From positions 32,001 through 96,000 of IMG/VR virus record IMGVR_UViG_3300032225_002102: 64,000 nucleotides of DNA; one strand, 5' to 3'. This document shows positions 27,343 to 38,892 of this stretch, one piece after another. A program made the position numbers and the translations under genes. Under the pieces are notes generated by a model. It was not told where the DNA came from and made no database searches. It worked only from the letters and a program-made list of their open reading frames with translations. This DNA is from a virus (lineage: Duplodnaviria; Caudoviricetes). The first letter of the stretch is position 1. Every line of letters starts with the position of its first letter.

Positions 27343-27756
27343 ATGAAGAAGTTTTTAGTAATCAATCACAATGATAGCTATACAGTTATCAAAAATACAA
27401 TCAACAATGTAGTAGAAACTATTACGATTGGTTGGAATAGTTTAAACGTGCCAAAACTTGATGCTATTGCATTTAAGTTGAACAGAACGATAGAATCTCA
27501 AGAAGATAAAGTAAAGTACTTTCAGAATCGTTTAATGGAAGAGAGTAATAAATTAAGTTCTCTTAAATCAATTAAACAAAGTTTAAAAAAAGAAAATCGT
27601 AAACTTCGTAAAGAGAAAGGTGTTAGTATTCGTATCAACTCTACAGGAGAAGAAACATTTATTGATTCTGAAACTTTAGAAATTTTAGATCCTTCTGATT
27701 ATACTTTATTAAGTATTGGTGAGTTTGTTACCAATGAAAAAGAAGTTTATATGTAA
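27343..27756 (+). CDS. Coiled-coil hypothetical protein
   Basis: ORF track; terminator at 27765-27792. Confidence 0.6.
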   Translation: MKKFLVINHNDSYTVIKNTINNVVETITIGWNSLNVPKLDAIAFKLNRTIESQEDKVKYFQNRLMEESNKLSSLKSIKQSLKKENRKLRKEKGVSIRINSTGEETFIDSETLEILDPSDYTLLSIGEFVTNEKEVYM

Positions 27757-28335
27757 TATTCATTAACTGCTACTGTAACAGGTAGCAGTTTTAATTTAAA
27801 ACAAAATGGAAACAATTAAAGTATTTGATAATAATAAAAAAGAAATAGAACCAGTTTATATTCCAGAAGAAGAAATTTGGAATTGGAGTAAATTCTTACT
27901 TCCTGAATTATTTCAAGAAATGAGTAATTTACTCACAGTACGGAATCCAAAAAGATTTCAATTTTACAATGATTTAAATAAATTTGTTAAAAATTGGAAA
28001 AAAAATAATAAATAAGTTTAACTTTGCTATATACATTTTAAGATGGAAACAATACTCATAGTATTAGAGGTATTTTATGTAATTACATTTATTTTATTTG
28101 GATTTTTGATTAGACATTATCGCAATATAATTGAAAAGAAAGTTCAATTTGGAAATGAATTTTTCAATCGTTATTTGAATTTATGTATTCAAAACACAAT
28201 AATTGAAAACCAAAATTTTAAATATTCTACTATTAGTAGAAACTTGTATAATAACAATCAAGATTTACGTTTAGATAATTCAGCATTACTTGAAAAAGTT
28301 GCTAAATTAGAAAATAAAAAGAAAAAAACTATAAA

Positions 28336-30216
28336 ATGAGATATTGTTATGACATAGAAACTCTTAAAAGGGTATTTACAATAACATTTCTTGATTATGA
28401 TTCAGAACAATGTTATCAATTTGAAATTTCAAGAAGAATAAATCAATTTCAAGAAATTAAAGATTTTTATCTTAATAAAATGAAGTGGAATATATGCTTC
28501 AATGGAATTTATTTTGATAACATTGTAATGAATTGGTTAGTTGATCAAAGATTTGATAAAAAAGAAGGAGAATTTATTTCTTCGGAGATTTATAAAGTTG
28601 CTCAAATTACAATTAATCAAGAAAGAGATTACGATTTGTTTAAACATTATTCTAAGTACAAATATAAGGATTATCATAAGGTTATAGATTTGTTTTGTTA
28701 TTGGGCAAAGATGAGTAGATTAAGCAAAAAACTTTCTCTTAAAACATTAGCATGTTCTATGGGTATGAGTATAGAAGAAATGCCTATACACCATTCCCAA
28801 GAATATCTAACAGATGATGAAATTCAATTAACTCTTGAATACAATAAAAATGATTGTATTGTAACAAAAGAATTAGCAAATCGTTTGAAAAATGAAATTA
28901 ATCTTAGAATGGATATTACTAAAAATTCTGGATTAAATGTTTTATCTTATGATGCTCCCAAGATTGCTTCTGAATTGTTATTAGATTCATATTGTAAAAA
29001 AACATTTACTGAAGAAATTAGTGAATATACTGTTTTTGAAGAATATAAGAAAAAAATTAAAGAAAGAAGATATTCTACATTTGGTTTTTTAATAAAAGAT
29101 TATATTCCAAAATTTCAATTTAATAATAATCAATTGCAAAATTTATATAATGACATTTTAAAATCTAAAAGTAGTTTTGAACAAGAATTATTATTTAAAA
29201 ATAAAAATGGAAATTATATAAAGTTGCAATATAGTAATGGTGGTTTGCATATTGTTCAACCAGTTCAATATTTTAAATCTAATTCTAAATTTGTTTATGT
29301 AGAAAAAGATTACTCCTCACTTTATCCGAATTTGTACATTAATTATAATTTTAATTCTCCTTTTTTTGGTACAGATTTATCTGATTTGCAAAATCAAATT
29401 TTAAAAGAAAGATTAGATGCAAAAAAGAATGGTAGAAAGTCAGAAGATAGTACAAAAAAATTAATATTAAATTCATATAGTGGAATTATAGATAATGCTT
29501 ATTCTCCTTTTTATGCTCCAGAACAAGCTTTAGCTATGAGAATTACAGGACAATTATGTATTTCTAAAGTAATTGATAAATATTATGAATTAAGAATAGA
29601 AATAGTTTCTGTAAATACAGATTCTGTAACGTTAAAATTAGAAAGAGATAATTTATATTTATTAGATAAAGTCAGAGAAGAAATAAAATCAGAATTAAAT
29701 TTAAATTTAGAAGATACGTTTTATCATTCTATTTATTATTTTTCAGTAAATGATTATATAGGTTTTACAGAATCAGGAAAAGTTAAATGTAAAGGAGAAT
29801 TTATTTATAACCATATTTTAGATGGTTCTAATGAATTTACAATTATACCTTTAGCAATTAAAGAATTTTTACAGAATAACGTTCCAATAAGTAAAACAGT
29901 TAATGAATGTAAAGAATTATGGAGATTTTGTAAATCACAAAAAGTTGATAAAAAATTTAAAATATTCTATCAAGGTAAAGAAATCCAGCATTTAAATCGC
30001 TATTTTGTTTCTGATAGAAAAAATGGAGCATATTTATATAAATCTCCAGATGGAATAAAAATGCTTAATTTATTTAAAGATACTCCTATTTACATTTGCA
30101 ATGAGGACATACGAGAAAGTGATATATTAAAATATCCAATTAATCGTGAATGGTATATTAGAAAAGCAGAAGAGAAATTACAAAACTTTTTTCCTTCACA
30201 AACAATATTATTCTAA
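28336..30216 (+). CDS. polB: Family B DNA polymerase
   Basis: ExoI YDIET, ExoII FNGIYFD, ExoIII YNKND, DYSSLYP, KLILNSYSG, NTDS, KCKG. Confidence 0.92.
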   Translation: MRYCYDIETLKRVFTITFLDYDSEQCYQFEISRRINQFQEIKDFYLNKMKWNICFNGIYFDNIVMNWLVDQRFDKKEGEFISSEIYKVAQITINQERDYDLFKHYSKYKYKDYHKVIDLFCYWAKMSRLSKKLSLKTLACSMGMSIEEMPIHHSQEYLTDDEIQLTLEYNKNDCIVTKELANRLKNEINLRMDITKNSGLNVLSYDAPKIASELLLDSYCKKTFTEEISEYTVFEEYKKKIKERRYSTFGFLIKDYIPKFQFNNNQLQNLYNDILKSKSSFEQELLFKNKNGNYIKLQYSNGGLHIVQPVQYFKSNSKFVYVEKDYSSLYPNLYINYNFNSPFFGTDLSDLQNQILKERLDAKKNGRKSEDSTKKLILNSYSGIIDNAYSPFYAPEQALAMRITGQLCISKVIDKYYELRIEIVSVNTDSVTLKLERDNLYLLDKVREEIKSELNLNLEDTFYHSIYYFSVNDYIGFTESGKVKCKGEFIYNHILDGSNEFTIIPLAIKEFLQNNVPISKTVNECKELWRFCKSQKVDKKFKIFYQGKEIQHLNRYFVSDRKNGAYLYKSPDGIKMLNLFKDTPIYICNEDIRESDILKYPINREWYIRKAEEKLQNFFPSQTILF

Positions 30217-30290
30217 AACAAATCTTTAAATTTTCTTGTTTGTATCCTATTTATTTTATATATTTGTATATCATTTAAATATATGAAAAT

Positions 30291-31229
30291 ATGAAATATA
30301 GTAGAAAAGAACATTTAATTAGTGGAATTTATGCAATTATTAATCAAGTTAATGGTAAAATGTATATTGGAAAATCTAAAAATATTTACAATAGAACAAA
30401 TACTCATATAACTGGATTAAATACTAAAAATAAGAATGAAAATAGATATTTAATTAATAGTTGGCATAAATATGGAAAAGAAAATTTTAAATTAATTGTG
30501 TTAGAAGAATTAGAGTTAAATGAAGAATTAATTGCAGAAAGAGAACTTTATTGGATAAATTTTCATAATACCACTAATTCTAAATATGGATATAATTTGA
30601 GAATGGATTCTTCTACTAATACTATTGTCCACCAAGATACAATAGAGTTGATGAAAGAATCACATGCTATAAGAGTTTTAAATATGACAGAAGAACAAAG
30701 AAAAAAATGTGGGAATATTTCAAGAGAATTTTGGAAAAATAATCCAGAAAAAAAAGTTGAAATGGTTAAAAAAGTAAGAGAACAAATTCAAAAATATTCT
30801 ATTGTTCAATTTACAAAAGAAATGGAATTTATTAAAGAATATGGTGGTAGATATGATATTGTAAAAAATTATCCACTTTTATATGTTCAAGCAATTTTAG
30901 CTGTATGTAATGGAAATAAAGCTTCATATCAAGGATATATTTGGAGATATAAAGATTTAAAAACAAAAGAAATAGTATATCAAAAATCGCTTGAAGAAAG
31001 AAAAGAAAACATTTCTATAAGAAAATCAAGTAAAAAATCTTTTATAGTTAAAGATAACCAAATAAAAGAATATAACACTTTATCTCAATTATGTAAAGAA
31101 AATAATTTAGTTATTAACAATATTCATAAAAAACTAAGTAAGAATGGTATTGTAAAATTAAAAAACAAAAATATTTGGATCTTTTATGATAAAAATTTAT
31201 TTGAAAAATCTCAATTAACATTATTTTAA
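30291..31229 (+). CDS. GIY-YIG homing endonuclease
   Basis: GIYAI...MYIGKS...R, GYNLR, NUMOD1-like C-terminus; TATATTTG promoter at 30259-30266. Confidence 0.85.
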   Translation: MKYSRKEHLISGIYAIINQVNGKMYIGKSKNIYNRTNTHITGLNTKNKNENRYLINSWHKYGKENFKLIVLEELELNEELIAERELYWINFHNTTNSKYGYNLRMDSSTNTIVHQDTIELMKESHAIRVLNMTEEQRKKCGNISREFWKNNPEKKVEMVKKVREQIQKYSIVQFTKEMEFIKEYGGRYDIVKNYPLLYVQAILAVCNGNKASYQGYIWRYKDLKTKEIVYQKSLEERKENISIRKSSKKSFIVKDNQIKEYNTLSQLCKENNLVINNIHKKLSKNGIVKLKNKNIWIFYDKNLFEKSQLTLF

Positions 31230-31985
31230 AAACAAATGAACTATACAGTTAAATTAATAAAACAAACTAAATATTTAGAATCTACATTATTAGATTTTAA
31301 AATATTAAAATACAGATTACAAGTTAAAATATTAAAATTATATTCTGATTTACCTAATCATAAAGAACCTGAAGGTATAAATTATAAATTCTATTATACT
31401 TTATCAGGATTATTAATCTTTCTAAGTAAAAAGTACATTAGAAAAGGTAATAATTGGGTATTATTAAGAACAGATAATACATATCATAAAGTTAAAGTTA
31501 TTAAAGAATCAAAAGTATTAAGTATAAATTATATAAAATATGAAAAGTGAAAATTAAAGATTATATATAGTAAAATAATGAAACATTACACTTAGTTAAA
31601 AGTATTGATAAACAATTTTTAAACAAGGAGATTTCTCCTCATATAAAATGAATTATATTGTAAAAAATAAACAAGAACTTGAATTGTGCGAAAAATTAAT
31701 TACTGATAATGTTTTAGGTTTTTGTGGAAATAATATAGAAACTATTAAAATTAATTCTACTAATGAAATTATAGTTAAATTAAGTGAATTTACTCATCCT
31801 GTAAATTTTATATTGAAATTACCAATTCAAGAAATTATCGAATTACGTAAAAATTATAAAACTATTTATTTTAAAACAGATAAATATATTTTAGAATTTC
31901 CTATTTCTTATGAATATGAATTAAAATCTAAAAATAATGGATAAAGAATCAAAAATATTAAGTATAAATTGGATTAAATACTAAA

Positions 31986-32339
31986 ATGATGAAAACAACA
32001 AAAGAAATGATTGCAGTTATGCAAGCTCATTGTGAGGGAAAACAGATTGAATATACTCAAAACAATGAAGATAATTGGGTTATGGTATGTGAGCCTTCTT
32101 GGAATTGGAAAGGATCAAAATATAGAGTTAAACCACAACCTCAATATCAACCATTTGATTTTACTGATGCTTTATATTTAATTGGTAAAATTGTTAAATC
32201 TAAAAATGATGAGTTTGTAGGTATGATTACTGGTGTTAATAAAACTAGTGTAGCTATTGGAGATTTTTTTGTAAAGCATGAACAATTATTCACAGATTTT
32301 TTATTTTTAGATGATTCTATTTGTGGTAAATTAAAATGA
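31986..32339 (+). CDS. Hypothetical protein, C-terminal module shared with 40002
   Basis: P.WNW...YRVKP domain plus PF.F.D...F.D...CGKL module. Confidence 0.65.
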   Translation: MMKTTKEMIAVMQAHCEGKQIEYTQNNEDNWVMVCEPSWNWKGSKYRVKPQPQYQPFDFTDALYLIGKIVKSKNDEFVGMITGVNKTSVAIGDFFVKHEQLFTDFLFLDDSICGKLK

Positions 32340-32449
32340 ACAGATTAATATTACTTATTGATACTTATTATAGAAAAGGGATTTTTCTAAGTATTAAACT
32401 ACAACCAATTATAACAAATCTTTTGTAAATAAATAAAAAAAATAAAATT

Positions 32450-33148
32450 ATGAGTTTAGATACAAATAAAAACATTGTTTCTTTAGTAGGATGGTATGGA
32501 GGAGATCGTGCGATAGCGAGAGCTGCTTGGACTTCAACTCAAATTGATGTTGATTTAAAATCGGATGAACAAATTGAAAATTTACTAGTAAATAAACTTT
32601 GGAATAATTCAAGTGGTAAACCACATAAAACACCATTTGAAAGAGGTATAGTAGAGTTTAATATTACATGTGACCAAGCATCTCATATTCATTTACTTAA
32701 ACATAGATTAGCAAATATTAACGGAGAATCTGCAAGATATAAGGAATTAAAAGAAGATAAATTTTACATTCCAGAAGATTTTTATAACTTAGAAACTAAT
32801 ACAAGTATCTTAAATAAATATAATAAATACAATTGGGGTGATTTATTAGAATCTAAAACTATAGAAATGAATGAATTATATCACGAATGTTTAAAAGATG
32901 CTACTGAACAATTAAATAAAAAAAGAGCAAAAGAATCTGCAAGATATTTTAAAACAATGAACAGTCAATTAACTCTTTCTGTAATGATGAATATGAGTTG
33001 TTTTTACAATTTTTATTCATTAAGAGCAGATTCATCCGCACAAATAGAAATTCAAAATATTGCACAAGACATGCTTAATTGTATTAAAAACATTGAAGGT
33101 AATCCTTTTAAAAATACTTTATCTGCTTTTGTTTATGAGAACAGTTAA
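32450..33148 (+). CDS. thyX: FAD-dependent thymidylate synthase
   Basis: H.TPFE, KHR-x7-SARY variant ThyX motif, LR....AQ.EI. Confidence 0.88.
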   Translation: MSLDTNKNIVSLVGWYGGDRAIARAAWTSTQIDVDLKSDEQIENLLVNKLWNNSSGKPHKTPFERGIVEFNITCDQASHIHLLKHRLANINGESARYKELKEDKFYIPEDFYNLETNTSILNKYNKYNWGDLLESKTIEMNELYHECLKDATEQLNKKRAKESARYFKTMNSQLTLSVMMNMSCFYNFYSLRADSSAQIEIQNIAQDMLNCIKNIEGNPFKNTLSAFVYENS

Positions 33149-35383
33149 AAGATTAAAATTCTTATATAAGTTCTTCAAATCTAAAAAGAACTTTAAAATG
33201 TATCTCCGAGATATAGTAAAGTTAGAATCTGCAAATGAAATAAAAGCTTGGAGTGAATGTTTTTATTTATGTTATTATGATTTGAAAAAATTACATAATG
33301 AACATCCAAATTTAAGATTTTCACAAGTGCTTCAACACATGGGATTATATCAATCAGGTATTTGGTTTTATAAAGAAGATGATATTGTTTTAATAGAATT
33401 AGGTGTAGAACCAAGAGAAGTTCTTTATTGGGGTAATAATTTATCTAAGAATAACAACCGATTGAAGAAAACAAATTGGATGTTAATTAAAGATATGGAT
33501 ACAGAACACATTAAAGCTGTATTGAGTAATAATTTTACCCATAATGTAACTTATATGAAATGTTTTATTAACGAACTTAAATTAAGAAAAGATGATGTAT
33601 TATAATCAATATTTATTTGTGAGTTTATTGAAATTGTATGATCCTACATTTAATAATTTAGAATATGATATACAATACAAATTAGGATTAATGCAATACA
33701 AAGATTTTGAAGAATCAAGATTTGATGTATTTGATAAAACAGAGTATGAGTGTATAACAGATTATTTAAATGATTTATATGGAAATAGGTAATATTACAA
33801 TTAATATTGTAGAGTTATGTTCAGAATTAGCTTCTAAAAAATTATTAGAGCATTATCAATTTTTTAATCCTGAAAAAACAGAATATGAAATTGAAGATAT
33901 GATATCGTTTGAAATTAATAATGTTATTAGTTACAAAGAAGAAGCACAAGATATGTTTAATGATTTTTATGATGATTATTGGGATTTAATTATGTCTATA
34001 TCATTATGAAATATGCAAGAAAATGTAGTATCTGTAATTCAGGAATGAATAGTGGATATGTTATAAATGGAGGAGAACAATACTATTGTTCAAAAGAACA
34101 TTTATACAAGGTTTATTCTCCTGCTGAATGGGATAATTTATATAAAGATAATGATTCTTATTGGACTGAATGGGATCCTAAAATAGATGCTGAATATGAA
34201 TTAATTAATGGTGAACTACAAGAAATATGAATCAGTTTGAAAAAACAAAAAAAAGTATTGATTTAATGTTTGCAGCAGCTGTACTAATAAATACTGCTGC
34301 TGCTCACTTTAAAACAGATAATAATCTATACAAACATAAAACTAAGAGATTAATTAACGAACTGTATAATGAAAGTGTAAGACTTTTGAAAGAAAAAAAT
34401 TTAATTAGAGAAGCTCTTAGTTCTGAAGAAAATGCAAAACAACATAGTTTAAAATACAATATAGAAGTAGATCCAGAATCAGCAGTAGAAAATTTTGAAG
34501 ATAATAATGATTTATTGGTTAAGTTAATAGCTATTTATATTAAAGCTGCTGATTATTCAAAAGTAATTGATACTATGATTATAGCTAATCAGTTATTAGA
34601 AAATAAAAAAGTTTATACAGAAGTAGAATTATTAAATAAACTTAAAACTGCTGTTAACGATCATTGCAATTATAAAATTAATGAAGAAAATTTAAAAAAG
34701 TATTTATGAAAGTATTTAATTTTAAAACTTATGATGATTTCTTAGAAAGATTTGATGGAAAAATCTATTCTATTGCTAATGATTATGATAATTACTTATG
34801 TGATCTACATGAAGAAGATATAGATGAATTTGTAAAAAGTAAAAAAATGAGTTATTTAGATGGAGATTATTATATAACACATCAAAATTATAAACAAGAT
34901 ATTTTATCAGAAGCAATTTATATAAATATAAGATGAAAAAGGAAGAATTAATTGAAAAGTATCCTGATTTAGTTAAAAAAATAGCAATAGAATTTTGTCA
35001 TAAAGTTATTTTATTAGGAGATAAAGAAGAAGAATCTTTGTGGGAAGAGTATTTAACTGAAAATAAATTTGAACCAGAGTTTTTAATACACTGTATCAGA
35101 ATTAATGAAAAACAATTATGGTTATCCCCTTCTTTAAAAGAATTTCTTTATTTAGAGGGTTTTAATGTAATTAGTTATGAATCAGGTAAAGAATTAGGTG
35201 AAATAACAGCTGTATCTTATGATAAGGTATGGTATAATATAGGTGATGAAGTTTCATATAATCTTAAAGAATACATTATTGTTAAATTTGATGGGGAAAT
35301 TGTAATAATTAAAAGAAAAGATGATGAAAATTATATTTATGTACATATTTCTAATATAGGTAAAATTTAAATAAAAAATAAAT

Positions 35384-36712
35384 GTGGAAATACTTAAACT
35401 AACAAAAGAAGATGAAGAAGAAATTTTAAAAATACCTTCTTCTAACATTAATGGTAGAAAAACATATTATCAAAAGTTAGTAGTTAATTATTTTATTTTA
35501 CATAAGAGAGTATTAGCTAATCTTTTTACGAGAGCAGGAAAATCTTATCTTACATTAGATGCTATTCAAAGATATAGAACTAAATATCAAGATAAGATTT
35601 GTATTGTAGCTCCAAGTTCTAATATTATTGTTGATTGGAAGAAACTACTTAATCATATAGATAATATTGAGTACTATGTTATTAATTCTTATACTATTGG
35701 AGATGTTAAAATTGATAAAAAGTATGGAATGTTTGTATTAGATGAAGCAGATGTTGCTCTTGGAGAAAGTTCCATTTGGTTTAGTACTACAATACCTTCT
35801 ACTCAATTTGATTATTTTTTAGCTTTATCTGGAACAATGGGTAAAGAAAAAATAGAAAAGCTACAATCTTTAGGTATAAATCATTCTTTTGAAATACCTC
35901 TTAAAACAGGTTATAAACTTGGAGTAGTTCCAGAATTTATTACTTATAATATTCCTGTTGAACTAACTAATAGTGAAAGAGAATCTTATATAAAAGCAAA
36001 TAACAACTATAATAATCAAATAGAATTCTTTAGTAAGTTTTCAGAAAGATCAACTGCTTATTTTATAAGTTGTATTTTACAGAATAAATCTTTGAAGTAT
36101 GAAGGTAGATTTTTGAATAGAGATCAATTAATCTTTATAATGATGGATAAACTTCAAACTACTAAAGGTAATATCTTTATTAGAGCTAAACTTTGGAGAG
36201 AAGCTATGATGGAAAGAACTAAAATTTTACATCACGCAGAAAACAAATTAAGAGCTGTAGAAAGCTTTTGTAGTTCAATTGAAGGTAATGCTTTAATCTT
36301 TGCATATAAAACAGATATAGCTGATTTATTAGCTGAAAAAATAGGTGGTAAATCACTTCATTCAAAGTTAACTGCTAAGAAAAGAGAATTATTAAAAGAA
36401 GAATTTGCTAACAAAAAATTTAGATTCCTTACTACTTGTAAATCACTTGATAGAGGTTATACTGCTGATGTAGATTACATTATTAGTACTACATTTGATA
36501 GTTCAATAGAAAGAAGTAATCAACGTACTGGAAGAGGAATGTTACTTACAAAAGAAAATGCAGATAAAGTACTTAGAATTATTAATTTTTATGTAAATGA
36601 TTTTCAACACGAAGGTAAAAAAGTAACTTCTTCCGATAGAAATTGGGTAGAAAAATCACAAATTGGACAAAGTTTTGTTGAATGGATTAACAATGTAAAT
36701 GAAATAAGATGA
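35384..36712 (+). CDS. Superfamily 2 helicase
   Basis: TRAGKS, DEAD, LSGT, LDRG, QRTGR motifs. Confidence 0.8.
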   Translation: MEILKLTKEDEEEILKIPSSNINGRKTYYQKLVVNYFILHKRVLANLFTRAGKSYLTLDAIQRYRTKYQDKICIVAPSSNIIVDWKKLLNHIDNIEYYVINSYTIGDVKIDKKYGMFVLDEADVALGESSIWFSTTIPSTQFDYFLALSGTMGKEKIEKLQSLGINHSFEIPLKTGYKLGVVPEFITYNIPVELTNSERESYIKANNNYNNQIEFFSKFSERSTAYFISCILQNKSLKYEGRFLNRDQLIFIMMDKLQTTKGNIFIRAKLWREAMMERTKILHHAENKLRAVESFCSSIEGNALIFAYKTDIADLLAEKIGGKSLHSKLTAKKRELLKEEFANKKFRFLTTCKSLDRGYTADVDYIISTTFDSSIERSNQRTGRGMLLTKENADKVLRIINFYVNDFQHEGKKVTSSDRNWVEKSQIGQSFVEWINNVNEIR

Positions 36713-37092
36713 AAAAGAAAATTTGCAGTTTGTGTAATTTAGAAACGTTTCTTTTTAAATCTAATCCAAAACTTTGTAAAACATGTTATCAGAAATCTTA
36801 TAATAAACCTATTAATAAGGTTTCTGATAAACATAAAGAAACTTTGAAAGAGTATAAGCCTTTGAGAGAAGAGTTTCTAAAACAAAATCCTAATTGTCAA
36901 CTAAAGCTACAAGGTTGCAGTTTTATAGCTACAACAGTGGAGCATCGTATGGGGAAAGCATATAAAGAATTGTATCTTGATAATTCAAAATGGTTCGCAT
37001 CATGTTTAAATTGTAATCAGCAAATCGAGAATCTTGGAAAGTTAGCTTATGAAAAAGGTTTAAAAATTCATAAAAATCAAATAAATGAATGA
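36709..37092 (+). CDS. Zn-finger HNH-like endonuclease
   Basis: CxxC pairs, VEH, SCLNCN. Confidence 0.6.
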   Translation: MKKKICSLCNLETFLFKSNPKLCKTCYQKSYNKPINKVSDKHKETLKEYKPLREEFLKQNPNCQLKLQGCSFIATTVEHRMGKAYKELYLDNSKWFASCLNCNQQIENLGKLAYEKGLKIHKNQINE

Positions 37093-37125
37093 AATATCAT
37101 TCACAAATAAGTAAAACAGTTAATA

Positions 37126-37407
37126 TTGTATGATAACTCATTCAAAATGCAAATAGAATTAACAGAAGCATTTAAACAGTTAAATCTTAATAAGTATCCA
37201 TCTTCTGTACATAAAGTTATTTTGTATATTTTATTAAATAAACCAGAAGATGATAATAGAGTTAAAATTAGAGTACGTGAATCTTATAGTAAAGTAGGTT
37301 TAACAATACCTACATTGGTATGTGCTATTAAAAAGTTAAGAGAAGTAGGATTTATAGAAAAAATTGGACAATCAGAATTTTTAATTAACTCAAAATATAT
37401 AAAATAA
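37126..37407 (+). CDS. RepL-like winged-helix protein
   Basis: TLVCAIKKLREVGFIEK...FLINS. Confidence 0.5.
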   Translation: MYDNSFKMQIELTEAFKQLNLNKYPSSVHKVILYILLNKPEDDNRVKIRVRESYSKVGLTIPTLVCAIKKLREVGFIEKIGQSEFLINSKYIK

Positions 37408-38102
37408 TAACTATGGAATCTGCTTTAGATGCTCTTAAACATCACTTTGCTACTACGACCAGAAAACAAAGAGAGAAAGCATGGGAAGAGATAGAATCTC
37501 TTAATTTAGAGGGAGGTATTGTGAAAAAGTATATTGAACCTAATAAAATAGAATTATTAATTGAAATTGACAAATATTTAGAAAAAAAATGAAAATTATA
37601 GTAAATTTAACACATTCATTTCACTTTGAAGATTTAACTCAAATTGAAGAATTAATAAAAAGAGATGGTTATACTAACATTAGTATAGAATCTACACCAG
37701 AAGTTTATCAGGAATATGCAGAAGAAATTGCATTTAAAACATTTTTAGATTTTAACTCACAAGAATTAGAAGAAGGATTATTAATAACTACTGAAATAAT
37801 ATAATAAAAAAAACAAATTGAAAACAAAAAAACTTAGTTTTACACAAGAAGAAGCTTCTTTAGTTAGAAGAGCTATTTATTTTTATGAAAACTCTACATT
37901 AAAAATAATTAAAGATTTTGAAAATAGAATGAATAAAGAACCAGATCTAAAGATATTATTGGAAAGATCTAAAAGAAGGTATAAAACTCTTAATTTAGTA
38001 GATAGAAAAATAATGAAAACTCCTGTTACAATTTAATAAACAAAACAGTTAGAATTCTGTTATAAAAATTCAAAACCCCTTGTATGAAAATTAGATTATA
38101 TA

Positions 38103-38738
38103 GTGATTGATATTAAAAGAGTACTCAAATATTGCAAGAATTTAAATATTCAATTTGAAGATTTTCTATTTCTTTATACTCTTAGAGTAAGAAATGAAAA
38201 TCGTAAAGATGAAGATTTCTTTGAACTCACTAACTGGTATTACCAAAATTTTCAATATGTGATGATTGGGGAAAAAGTAGTACCAGTTAATTGGAAGTTA
38301 AGAGTAGAAAAGTTAATTGAACAAGGATTTATTGAAGCTTATCCTAACTGGTATAGTAAAAAGAAAGATAATGAGTTATTAGTTGATATTCATTTATCTA
38401 AATTAGAACTAACAGATAAGTTTAATGAGAATCTTTTTACTAATGATGTAGAAGATTGGTGGAATGAATTTATTCTTATCTATTCTCCAAGTTATTATAC
38501 CGTTAATAAAGATGGTAATAGAAGTTCGATTGAAGATGTAAAACGTAAATTTTGGGAAATTAGTAATTATGGTGATAAAGGTAAACTAATGAAAATGTTA
38601 GAAATTACTAAATATTATGTTGATACAACTCCATTAAAATTAGCAGTTTCTAATTTTCTTGATGAATTTTCTGAACGTGAAAGATTGTATGATAATTGGG
38701 TTAAAACAACTTACAAATCAAATAGAATATTATACTGA
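38103..38738 (+). CDS. Hypothetical protein upstream of helicase (possible initiator/loader)
   Basis: Position; W.EF...Y pattern. Confidence 0.4.
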   Translation: MIDIKRVLKYCKNLNIQFEDFLFLYTLRVRNENRKDEDFFELTNWYYQNFQYVMIGEKVVPVNWKLRVEKLIEQGFIEAYPNWYSKKKDNELLVDIHLSKLELTDKFNENLFTNDVEDWWNEFILIYSPSYYTVNKDGNRSSIEDVKRKFWEISNYGDKGKLMKMLEITKYYVDTTPLKLAVSNFLDEFSERERLYDNWVKTTYKSNRILY

Positions 38739-38892
38739 TGGATATAGACGAAAAAGTAAAACTAATCTGTAGAGATAATCAATATCTTTTAGATGAAATA
38801 GAAGTAAAAGAAATTATAAAATGTTGGAAAAAAGATAGAGATTCTTTAATCAAAGTTAAAGAAGTATTAATCACAATTTTAAAAGAATAAAT

